Shown one piece after another: positions 34,975 to 46,092 of a stretch of DNA of 64,000 nucleotides. The position numbers and the translations under genes were made by a program. The notes beneath the pieces are model-generated. The model searched no databases. It saw nothing but the letters and a program-made list of their open reading frames with translations, and was not told the DNA's origin. Source of the DNA: Macrostomum lignano (taxonomy: Eukaryota); NCBI GenBank assembly GCA_002269645.1, contig NIVC01000664.1, positions 1 through 64,000 of the forward strand, given 5' to 3'. The first letter of the stretch is position 1; each line of letters opens with the position of its first letter.

Positions 34975-37824
34975 CTAGACCAGTCGGATGCGCTTCAGCT
35001 GATCGTGGGATGCGGGCGTCAGCGCATAGTGTCCGTAGGGCAGGCTTCGATTACTGCTAAGCCACACTCGCTTATCCTCCCACACCGATAGGCTTCTTTT
35101 CTCCATGACCGACGTGAAGATTTCGTGTTTCTTGGAAACAATCGCTGTCATGGCAACCATCTGCTCTTGCTTGGACTCGAACGCGTCGACATAGTTCGCA
35201 TGCGAAATTTGCTGTCTTACTACTGACTGCTTCACGCCTTTGGCAGTTTTCTTGATCTTTGCACTCGAATTCTCGGCAGGGAGAAACGAATAAAGTTTTG
35301 GACGCAAAAGAATTCACTCCTGGTAAATTCCACCAGCAGATTCATCTTTAACGCAGCCCAGCTTTCCTTTTAACTCTTCAGAGAAATGCGGATGGTCACG
35401 AGAATAGTTGGATGTGTCAAGTATTTTTTCCTCTCTAAGCTTCGGGATTACCTCCGATGTTAAATCATGATTCTTGAAAGCTAGAAAAAATGAGTCAGTA
35501 TCACCTCCGCAAAGCATCATGTCTCTGGAACCGTCTGAATGACAGAACAGCGGTCGGAGCCTGTCATATAGTAGGCTGTACATGGCAATCTTAGAGAGAT
35601 CGAGAACTGCCTGGCCAACGAAAATGGCCTTGTCAAGCGTGATTTTATCTTTTTTGAGCTGAAAAATGCTCAACGACTCATTGATAATCGAGAATGCGGC
35701 ACAGTTTGGTCGAGAGGTGCAAGTTTCTGCTTGAGTCTGGTTAGTGCAAATTCGAACATCGCATCTTTTTCGAACGTTCTCCATAGTTTTTCCAAAGAGA
35801 GAATTGTTTTTCAATTTGTAAAAAATCCTTAGCAAACTCGGAAGTTGCCAAAGCTCTTTTTTCATTGTTGCTGGCAATGTACGGCGCGAAAATATTTTCC
35901 TGCTTGAACGAAATCATTTTTTTGACGCACTTGATCCGCATTCCGTGTTGCAGGTAAAATCTTAAAACGGTGCTGTGAACTACGTAAGAATCCTTGTCGG
36001 TACAGGTGAGTAGAAGCTTCTCCGTTGCTTGAAATTTAGCTTCAGCATTGCCAGTTCGCTGTTCAGCAATCTCTTTCCATAGTTCGGCCATGTACGGCGA
36101 GAATTGATCTGGCTGTGGTTTTGATTTTTCAGGTGCAAACGGTAACTCCTGAGTCGAATCGTGAATCTCAGCTGGGTATTCTAGATCGAGTTGAACAAGG
36201 TAGGCGATTTCGGCTTCTGGATTGAGTGACAGAAACCGATTGGAGTCCCAGAACTGGATTTCCTGTTCCGGTACCCACCTGAATTCCCTGCATGGAAGCG
36301 GAAGCGACAGGGCAAAGCCATACAAGTTGTTCATATCGATCGGCATGAGGCTTACACTCTCTTGCTGATCATCATAACCTGGCAAGCTAGGATTATTACC
36401 TTTGACGCAATGCACATTAATGAAGGACATGCCTCCTCGTATTCCCTTCTCAAACAGATGATACATGTCAGCATCAGTCAGCTGCTCTAGAACCACTCCA
36501 GTCGACTTTAGAGCTGAGTCGTAAGACAAACCAGGAGTAGTAAAGTAGTGTACCGGATCCAATCCGTCCTCTTTCAGACTGGCCTGTCGGAATGTCTCAA
36601 AAATGTCAGCCAGCTGCCTTACATCCATTTCAAGATAGGCGAGCATATAATCCTTCAAACTTTTGCATTGAAATGCCGCCCATGCCGCTCTTGCTCTATT
36701 GTAGTCGTCGTCGGAAATTCCCCTATCGGAAAGTCGATTAAAAAAAGCATCTTTAGGCGGCAAAACCGACTGCTCGAGAATCTCAAATCCTGTGAGGTAA
36801 TCATATGGGAAAATCCCTTTTTTCGAAGTAGCTCTCTTGAAAGATGTGGTCTTGACTCAAGCATTTGCATTGTCAGCTTGCATTCAGCTTCGGGAAGATT
36901 AGCAAACAAATTGGACAAACTTCCCTTCAAAAAGCAGAGCGAGTCGATGAACTGAATTGTAAACATGATTGGCACAACTTTTCCGTTCTTTACGTAACTT
37001 GCAACAGGGAATTCCGCCCTTAGTGACAAGTATCGCTCGGATGATTGCGGAACAACACTAAGTTTCCAATTTTTCATGCTCCCAAGCGCAGTGGAAAGTA
37101 GAAGATGAAGGTCGTAGCCGCCTAAGTTGTGAAAAACCAGGGGCAGAAACCGGCGTCGGAGCTGTGCTCGCAGGTTGCATTCTTGACATGCTGCACCTTT
37201 GTACTGTCCATTTAAATGATCGTGGTCAAAATGTTTATCTGTAGAACTTTTAAAGTTCTTCTTGCAGTAGTGACATACCTCAGCAGAATTGAAATCATCC
37301 ATGACGGTCGCGGATGATCGGTCAGCCGGCTGGTGGCTATGCTTCTGGTTCCAGTGAAATATATCCTGAGCCAGGCTTTCAAGAGATTTGAGAAAACCAA
37401 GGATACACTCATCAGGGTCCGCATTGCAAAAGACCTTGTACATGTCTCCTTCTGGCCTAAGCGGAGGTCCTGTCATGCCTTCACGAGGCACTGCAAGAAA
37501 AGCTGCTGCACATGGTTCATGCTTCGAGATCAGGTTAGCAGGGTCTGTGTTCGCTCGCAAAATGGCTTCCAGGTCGGCATAGGCAACGAATGGTGGACTG
37601 ACAGTGTTTTGACAGTTTCGGAACTTTATTTCATTCTTTCCTGGAACTGGAAGCGTTTCTTTGACAGGATTTTCTGCAGTAATGCTGCATTCGTTCCTGT
37701 GCTCTTGAAGCCTCTCGTTGCTATAAAATGATGTTAAACATTTCGTGCACCACTTCCTCATGGCGGGACCATTACGACTGTTCATTAACCTGTCAAAATT
37801 AGTAATTGCACACCAGTGCTCCGA
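34975..37824 (-). pseudogene. Protein-primed family B DNA polymerase (pPolB) with endonuclease-VII-like insert; N-terminally truncated, 2 frameshifts, 1 in-frame TGA (35314-35316)
   Basis: YADLE; CHYC..DHDHLNG..AACQECNL; FHNLGGYDLH; FIDS; KGIFPYDY; YLEMDV.QLADIFE.FR; GIRGG; DMNNLYG; KLKNNSLFGKT; GDTDS; LRPKLYS. Confidence 0.93.
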
Positions 37825-38492
37825 TCCATTATGGGCTTCGTGTCCTGGTCAGCCTCCAACTTGAGCTTCTTGTCCTCTTCCTCCTCTTCCTCATCAGACT
37901 CCAGCTCGTACTGCATTGAGTTCCTCAAGGGAGCCACCAGCTGACCGTCGATCCAGGAGGCGATTTTCCAGAGCTTCTGCCACAGCGGCGGAGTCAGTGG
38001 TACGGCGTTTCGTCTCAAAAACTCCTCGCAGCAATCTTCCGGCAGCCGTTTGAGCCAAATGATGCCGCCTTTGACTTCCACAAACTTATCGAAGCCGAGT
38101 TTCACGACCTTGGGCTCGTTGTTGCGTGCAGAAATCACAAGTGAGCGTTTCACCTCCTTCAATTTCTTCCATTGGTGAACATTCAGGTTGAATCCTGGGA
38201 CGCCTGGCTTCAGACTTGCCGTGCTGCCGTGTCGGTAAAACTTGCGAATAGCGATAAATTTTTGTCCTTCAAACTCCTGGACTTGTGCCTTATAGCCTTC
38301 ACAGATGTCCATTTTCCTTTCGCAATTGAAAACTCACAAAAGTTAAAAGCTGAGGAAAAGTTCGGATGAAATTTTGGATTTGAAAAATTGAGAATTCTTT
38401 CTTGTCAGTTTCGGGGCTTATATACCCTCGACCGAACCACCCCAAACCACCCATCCCACTCCGGGCTCTGTGATTGGCTCTTTCGCAAACAT
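37825..38492 (-). repeat. 668-bp inverted duplicate of 26201-26868 (promoter plus the first ~163 codons of the PC4-like gene; ORF 38312-37785)
   Basis: Near-identical reverse complement; two substitutions seen upstream of the ATG. Confidence 0.95.
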
Positions 38493-38539
38493 TATTTCCA
38501 ATTACATAGATTAACATTCATTCAGCTAAGCTAACCCAC

Positions 38540-38850
38540 TCCATCCTATCTCTGCAGTGTTAACCACCCCCAATGCAAAGAGATAGGCCGCCTCTCCTCC
38601 TATCTCTGCAGTGTTAACCATCTCCAGTGTAAAGAGATAGGCCGCCTCTCCTCCTATCACTCCAGTGTTAAGCAGAGATAGAGCTCATATCTCTGCAGTG
38701 CTTAGCCGTCCCCAATGCACAGAGATAGAGCTCATATCTCTGCAGTGCTTAGCCGTCCCCAATGCACAGAGATAGAGCTCATATCTCTGCAGTGCTTAGC
38801 CGTCCCCAATGCACAGAGATAGGGTTCATATCTCCGCAGTGTATTTTTCC
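38540..38850. repeat. 47-52-bp tandem hairpin-forming repeats near the element's right end
   Basis: Unit agagatagagctcatatctctgcagtgcttagccgtccccaatgcac with an internal agagata/tatctct inverted repeat. Confidence 0.85.
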
Positions 38851-39204
38851 CTATACATTTGCATTGCCGCCTATCTCGCCAGTGCTAGTGCGGCAGTATC
38901 ATAATTCGCCCTACTACTCACGCCGAAAGGAGCCAAACGAGACAAATCAGTTGCGAAAAGCAGGCAGCGGCCGAGAAAGCGGATCCCAGCGAAGCGTTTG
39001 TTTATTAGTTTAAACGAGTTAATATTTATTGGTTCGTAAAAAGCAGAATAAAAAATTGAGAAATTGCGACGGAGCCAAGCCGGGCCGGGTGCGCGGCCAA
39101 CACCCCCACACCTCAACCCCCCGCCAAAGTACAGCGATATGTACAGCGGCACCCTCCGGCGCGTCTAACACACCTTACTCAGAGAGTAACGATTGCATTA
39201 TCAA

Positions 39205-39626
39205 TGTCCTATTTTATCTGTGTCCTATTTCAGCTGTGCCATATTTCAGCTGTGTCCTATTTCAGCTGTGTCCTATTTCAGCTGTGTCCTATTTCAGCTG
39301 TGTCCTATTTCAGCTGTGCCATATTTCAGCTGTGTCCTATTTCAGCTGTGTCCTATTTCAGCTGTGTCCTATTTCAGCTGTGTCCTATTTCAGCTGTGTC
39401 CTATTTCAGCTGTGTCCTATTTCAGCTGTGTCCTATTTCAGCTGTGTCCTATTTTATCTGTGTCCTATTTCAGCTGTGCCATATTTCAGCTGTGTCCTAT
39501 TTCAGCTGTGTCCTATTTCAGCTGTGTCCTATTTCAGCTGTGTCCTATTTCAGCTGTGTCCTATTTCAGCTGTGTCCTATTTCAGCTGTTTCCTATTTCA
39601 GCTGTGTCCTATTTCAGCTGTGCCTG
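39205..39626 (+). repeat. 16-bp satellite (CAGCTGTGTCCTATTT)n, right part
   Basis: Same unit and orientation as 21731-22686. Confidence 0.97.
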
Positions 39627-40043
39627 TGTCCTACTAAACTAAGGCTTAGAAGCGCAGTATATAGTCTGATTTATGAGGTTTGCATTACATGCAGCCAACA
39701 CGGACAGTAAAATATGAAGAAAAACTGCACGGGACAGCGCAGGAAGGTTTCAAACCTGTTTGCTAATTGCAGTCGGGAATGACAAGGCATGCAGCGGAAC
39801 AAATCGAAGCAGAATTAAGCTTCTGGACTCATTTGCCACTACCCAACTGTCTAAGTAAACATAACTGTCCCAACTGTCCAAATAGCTGAATTGCAAACCC
39901 ATTAGTGCAAAGCTTCGATAATAATGGATCACGGCGCGACTGTCATAACTCTTAAATTATGGCAGAGAAACTGTAAATCCAAGACAGCTTGGCTGTTACC
40001 GGTATAATGTCTCTTACAATAAGTCTACATGCATTTTCTAAGA

Positions 40044-40420
40044 CAGGGGTCTGCAAACTTTTTCAGCGTAAGGGCCAGGTATAAAATCTAGCGCATGACT
40101 GCGGGCCAGAGAGAGGAGAGGAGAGAAGGGAGGGAATAGAGGAAAAAAGGAAGAACGGATGAGAGAGAGAGAGAGAGAGGAGATAAGAGTGGAGAGAGGA
40201 AGGGGAGAGAGGAGGGAGGAGAGAAGGAAAGGTGAGGAGAGAGGCGAGATGAGAGATAAGAGGGTAGATGAGGGGAGAGAGGAGAGAAGGGATAGGAGAC
40301 CCCGGAAGAGCGGAGTGAGGAGACCTGAGAAGAGACAAACCTTGAGCGGGCCAGATTGCTATTGTGAAGTTTCAATGACCTGAGGGCCGGATAGAGAGGG
40401 CTACGAGTTTGCCGGCCCTG
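40044..40420. mobile_element. hAT/Charlie-like MITE with a GA-rich interior
   Basis: Ends caggggtctgcaaacttttt..gggcc and gggccgg..gagtttgccggccctg; TSD imperfect (taagac on both sides). Confidence 0.6.
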
Positions 40421-42325
40421 ATAAGACAATTTATTTTATTTAGTTAGATCCGAGACCCAAGGAAAATCGTCGGCGAAGTGACTCCTGACGTCGGCGACGA
40501 TCTACGCAGCGGAATCACTGCCACAGCCGGTGCAGGATCGAGGTGCTGCTGCTGACACTGCAGGCACCCTACCGGCGGGGACAGACGAAAAACACATATA
40601 TTCGGAAGTTCATGATCTGAACTGGGGTCAGCTGGAGATAATTTCGATTAAAAATTATAAAATTTAGTAACCAGGACAAAAACTTCCTAAAGTATACTTT
40701 CAATGAATTAAACACCTGTGCTGCTTTCATGACAAAATAGTTGGAAACATTGTGCGCTACAATGGACGCGAAACAAGGAGATGCAATTGGGGTAGTTTCG
40801 GTAAAAAAAACGACTTGCCCGAGACTATATGCAGAATCTTTTTAATAAATGATATCCCCAAATGCTAATTTAAGTAAAATGAGGATTTTGAGAGATTGTG
40901 GTTCTTGAGGAAACGGAAGTCAAGTCGGGGTTTGACCCTAGACTGTGCTCTCTGTGCCAATTCATCTCCGGGTTCGCGCTTCCGCTCGACCCTCTTGCTT
41001 CAACGAATCTCAACACATGGTGTGCTGGATAGTGACTCTTCTGAGGAGACAGGCGGCTGCATCGTCCACAGCCACAGTTTTTGCGACTGGATCTTCATCG
41101 GCTCTCGGGTCACTTCTACCTCTGGTGATGCTCGCCCGTTGCTGACCCAGGGCAAGGTTGCGTGCTACGTTGACAACAAAACAAACTGTCTGCATTCTCA
41201 ACAAGGCTGGTTCTAACGTCTCTAAGCTGCTGCGTTGGCTTTAGACTTTTGGTCTCATGCTTATGTTCCCATTTTCTGCTTTTAAAGGTCCTGGCTTTGC
41301 AGTGCGACTGCTTCTGGGCAGTTCGTCTGGTCGAGCTGTCTATTGCGGAGTCCACACGGCTGACCTACGAGGCTGTCTGGCGCGCATTATGTTGTTTCTG
41401 TCTATAGGCATCAATGAGCCACCTGAGCAGCTCACAGTGGAGCTTCTCGTGCTCCTACCTCTCCGATGTCTCTGTTCGTCTAACTTCGTTCAGAAGCGTA
41501 CAACTTCATCTGCAACGTTGAGCTCTATCTCGACATCAGTCTCGATGAAGTTTCGCGTTCTCCAATTGTGCCACTCATCCTGATAGATAATTAGACTGGA
41601 CCTAAACAAGTCGTGCCGCAACAGCCAACAGAGCAGCCGCTCCGATTGGAGCATTCGATGCGCATTCGCCCAGCAGCTGCATCTGTCAGATCCAACAGGG
41701 CTGTTGGCACCCTGGCGTAACGCCTTCGGCGACATCAGCGCTGACGGCAGTTCTGCCCATTTCGCTGACTCCTGAGCACATGCAAGCGCGCCAATACTGC
41801 ACTCAGACACACGCTCTCGGTGTACAACAGCTCTGACTGTCTACTCATCAGGCATGTACACTCTGGGCTTGAGTTGGGGGGGGGGTTGGCCCAAGTCCCA
41901 AATAAATGCGGTTTTGCATGGAATGGCTGCAATTGACTCAGACGCGTGCCGCTTAGCTTACTCCGCCCCTCCCTGCCATGAAGCGGCCTTTATGCAGTTG
42001 CTAAGCGCTGCTTAATTCGTTAGTAAAACAAAATGTATTAACTCGGTGTGATGTAATCACTAATCCCTTTAATGGCAAGAGACATCTGAGAGTGAATCTT
42101 TATTTCCAACTGACTCTATACATGCACATGAATATATTTACAAATTAAGTACAAGAAACAGAAACAGTTAAAAACATGCAGCTGAAGTCAGATAAACAAA
42201 AATCGATGCAAAGCAAAAAAATTCTAAGAAACGAGGAATTTATCAGACGCAACTATACTTATTCAAAAAAATTAAAAATGCCTATATCAGCCAGTCTAAA
42301 TTGTGAACTCACCTTTACTCACCTT

Positions 42326-43142
42326 TGTTGATACTTAACAATTATTTGCTTTTGTTGGGCTGCGCCCTTCCAGTGCGTATGTACTCGTACTTGTGTATGA
42401 ATTTTGCTTGCCATCCCGCCCCGTCCCCCGTCTCGCGCCCGGGCCAGGGTTTGTGAGAGGCGTAAGTCTCAACCCTGGCCTAGCCCTTTGCACCCAGCCC
42501 CCGGCCCAACCTCTGTCCAATCTGGGTGCCGACCCTACCCCCCTCCCCCAGCCAATACGAGCCGCCCGCCTCACCCTGGGGCGGCTCGTATTGGCTGGCT
42601 GGTTGATAAGCCGGCTGGGCCGCAGGGTTTGGCTCGCCCTCTCCAGTCTGCCCCACCCCTTCCCCTTTTTTGTGTATTATTTAAATGCTAGCCCTGAGCG
42701 GGCTGCGCTCCACGTTTTTCTCTATTGGTGTCCGCTCGTTGTTCATCTGCACTTTGCTCGTTCGTCTGCATTCTGCTTGTTCGCTCGCTTAACTGTTGTG
42801 ATCGATTGCAATTTGTTCGATCAAACTGTCTGCTCTCGGCCAATAAATACTTCGTTAAATTCCAAGTATCTGACTGGAGAGGTGAGCTCGAGCTTTCGTT
42901 CTTCTGGGTTGCCGCGTGGGGCCGGGATCTGCAGGGACCTGGGAACGGTGAACTCTCGCTGATCCCAGGGTGTTCGGTCAGGCGAACTCTCGCCGATCCC
43001 AGGGTGTTCGGTCAGGCGAACTCTCGCCGAACCGAGCGAGACAGGGTAGGAATAGCCGGGGTGAGGGCTGGGACCGGGGTGTCTCAGGCGGGGAGGGCCC
43101 GAACCTTGACCCGTCCAGCGGCCATTAGGCCGAGACACAACA
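42326..43142 (+). mobile_element. Probable solo LTR (817 bp)
   Basis: tgttg...caaca termini, CCAAT-like boxes, TATA-like tatttaaat (~42678), aataaa (~42842), internal 36-bp direct repeat; TSD imperfect. Confidence 0.5.
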
Positions 43143-43206
43143 CTTTGCTAAAACTTAGATGGCATTAAAACCTGTTAGAAATGCAAAAGATTAAAGCTTA
43201 AATTAC

Positions 43207-44227
43207 CTGGTTCGCAAACTGGGCTGAACGCTTCATAGTCGGTGTAGCTGTTTGAAGACCAGGCAGTAGCCTCAATCTTGCAAGCTCCTGTTCTGTAGTT
43301 CATGACGGAGCTGCCGAGCCCCGGCAGCAGCAGGCGGCGGTCGCCGCACCCGACTCCGGATGCTGCGTAGGCGAGTCTCAGAGTGGCGCTGCTGTTGAAC
43401 TCGGCAGTTCCGGTCGACGCCAGCAGCTTGAAGCAGCCGGAGTCCGAGCTCAGAAAGTGGCCGGGACTGTCAGCTGACCGGATCGACACGGAGTTCACCT
43501 CGCCGCTCAGTCCGGCCTGCTCGATGAAGACTGAGCCGGTCGATTTGGTCGAGCTCAGGTCGCAGGAGCTTCCGATTGAGCAGGACAGGAAGCTGGCAGT
43601 GGATGTTCTCAAGCTCAGCCTTTGAGACGGGCACAGGCGCGTGTCTGAAGAGAAAGTAGTCGATAAAATCAAATGAAAATTTATACTCTTTGGTAGCTTT
43701 AGGCTCAGCATGAAGTTTTATATAAATAATTTTAGGATGAAAATCAGCAGGTAGAATGTTAGCTCAGTTAAGGGTGCGATTTAAAAATTTAGACTCACAA
43801 TCAACGCAGTGAAAGGAGAGCGCTGAGTCCGACTTGAACAGGTCATTTCCAGGCCAGTTGGACTTCGTCAGGTAGTAACTCTGATGCCGGATCCTCTGGT
43901 CCGGGAACTGCACCGGACTGATGCGCCAGTGGTTGCAGAACTCCGATGCGAGGATTGTGAAACTGGCCGACTGTCTGAAACTGGCTGAGTTCACTTTCAC
44001 CTGAAAGTAAAATTTGGTGCCGCTGGTGACCAAGTAGAAGTCGGGCCTCGCAGCGTCAGAGATGGACACAGCGCTGGGAGTTCCGTCCAGAGCGGGCTCG
44101 AACTGCATCTGCAGCGAAGGGCTCGACGTTGAGATGAGGAGTCTGGAGGTGGAGTCGCAGGTCCAGAAGTGATTGGAGAAGGGTCCGTAGGCCATGATCA
44201 TGAAGGTCGCACAGGAGATGTTCTGTC
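43207..44227 (-). CDS. AbfB/CBM42 tandem beta-trefoil copy 2: exons 44227-43799 and 43644-43207; signal and last exons not found
   Basis: Nearly identical to copy 4 including the intron; bounded by the solo-LTR-like and SINE-like insertions. Confidence 0.7.
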
Positions 44228-44304
44228 CTAAAACCGTTGATTTTCACATGATAAAAGTCAATGTTAGATTTGGGGTCAATGGATCAAATTAATTAGATAG
44301 CACA

Positions 44305-44575
44305 ACAGGGGGCAGAGAAGCTCAGCGATGGTTGTGTCTGACTCTCGCCACAGTCACTGGTTCGATTTCGTGCATTTATTTAGGCTTGGGCATTAAGGAA
44401 CTGGCTTGGGGCTTGGGAAAACCACTACTTTGTACGCAAGTCGGAACCAAGACGAGGCTGAGGACGAGAAATTGCAGCAAACCACTGGCTTCTGATGGCC
44501 GGTCTGTCGGCGCTATCTGGCTGGCAATATTTCTATGAACTGAACTGCCTTCCCGGATCAAGGTTAAACACTAAA
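44305..44575 (+). mobile_element. tRNA-derived SINE-like element
   Basis: A-box-like agctcagcgatgg and B-box-like ggttcgattt, followed by a non-tRNA tail. Confidence 0.4.
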
Positions 44576-45965
44576 ACCGCTGTCCGATGCTCTTTGTTAG
44601 CTCTGGCTGTAGGAACTCCGCCTCAACATGCTTAGAATGCGCGTTATTGCTGCCTTTTATAGTCTTGCTCAATAGTGAGGATATTTGCATGATAACCAGA
44701 CCCCCCCCAGAATTCTGGAATTTTCCGGATACCTACGATTATGAGACTGGTTGTGCTGAGCTACATCTCAGTAATTTCAGAAAGGAGCAAAAAAGCCATC
44801 GCTAAAAAGTGAAAAAGGAGCTGAAGTCAATGTCGTATCTTCCTTCGCAGAGACATGAATTATACATGAAACAAATATTCTCAAAAGGGTGCTCAAAGAA
44901 AGCTTTTGAAGTTTTGCTTACCGACACTGACAGAGAAGTCTGAATAATTATCTCCCATAGGAGTGGCGATTGCTATACCGTTTGACTGTGTGAGTCGCAT
45001 CTCCCACCTGTGTATTTCCCACCGCTGCTCAGAACTACAACCGTATCACAGCAGGGTGAACTCAGCTCCGCTCAGTTTGCAACTGGTTTACAACAGCTAC
45101 TTTGAGGATGTTATATACGTCAGTTTGAGGCAGGTATCTGACTTTAACTGGTTTTAAACCCCCCATGCCGGCCTGGTCTCGTGTAGGTGGGTTTATTGAG
45201 TGCGGGTGCTTTGCGTTCGTGCAGGGCTTAGGGCTGCCTCTTCTCTCCACTCTATGCTATTTATTATATATCGTGTCGCGGCCTCTGAGTCGGCGTAATT
45301 TTGGCAAAATATTCTTCTTCGTTTTTAAATTACAAAAAATAACAGATTTCATCGCTTACGGGGTTCACTTCCCCTTTCTGGACCGGGTGTGCCGGTCTTT
45401 TGTGACATTTGCTTTTGCTCTGCATTTGTCTTTTGTGATTTGACTGGCATATTCAGCTGTTTATACTAATTGGGGCCAACTCTGCTTAGCTGCTTATCTT
45501 AGCCCTCTGTGCAAGTTCCGGTGAACTCTGTAAATATTTAGCATTGCAACAAAGAGAGATGACTGCATGGATTGCATGAAAAGAATAATCAAAAACCAGT
45601 TGCACTGGTAAAAGTGTAAAGATTCAGATGGTTGTGTCAATTCTTCCTATTACTCTCGTACCACTAAAATTGCAAAAATACTTGGAATAGCCTGGTGGTA
45701 TCATTGAGCTTTTATGATTATTGTTGATCAGAAATGATCAAAGCATTCACAGTATACATGAAGCACGAGTACATGAGACAACTGATGCGCACATCGAACT
45801 CACCTGCACTCATCGCGGTTTCTACTCTTCTATTTGCTATGGAGCTAGAGAAATCTTGCTCGAAATGAAAGCAGAGAATTTACCAAAAAATTCCGAAAGC
45901 CCAACTCAGCCCGTGCTGAATCCGAAACGTTCGCAGGAGGACTGACAGAAAATTGAAACTATGCT

Positions 45966-46092
45966 GCCTTACCAGGTTCAGAGACTGGGCTGAACACTTC
46001 ATTGCTTGTGTTGTAGTCTGGAGACCAGGCTGTAGCCTCAATCTTGCAAGCTCCTGTTCTGTAGTTCATGACGGGCTGCCGAGCCCCGGCAG
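45966..46092 (-). pseudogene. Isolated 3' fragment of the AbfB exon B
   Basis: VMNYRTGACKIEATAWS..VFSPVSEPG plus a donor site, joined to unrelated sequence at gctgccgggg. Confidence 0.7.

Larger units (their letters stand above)
26201..39204. mobile_element. Polinton/Maverick (adintovirus-like) endogenous element, rearranged and defective copy
   Basis: Compact cluster INT-penton-PZ-MCP-PRO-ATPase-PW on + and pPolB on -; 668-bp inverted repeat near the ends. Exact termini are uncertain. Confidence 0.93.

Noticed and set aside
40440-41810. GC-rich minus-strand ORF fragments
   Set aside because: Coding-like composition but multiple stops and no recognisable domain.
44305-44375. tRNA gene candidates (also ~62733)
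   Set aside because: A/B boxes only, no complete cloverleaf; treated as SINE heads.
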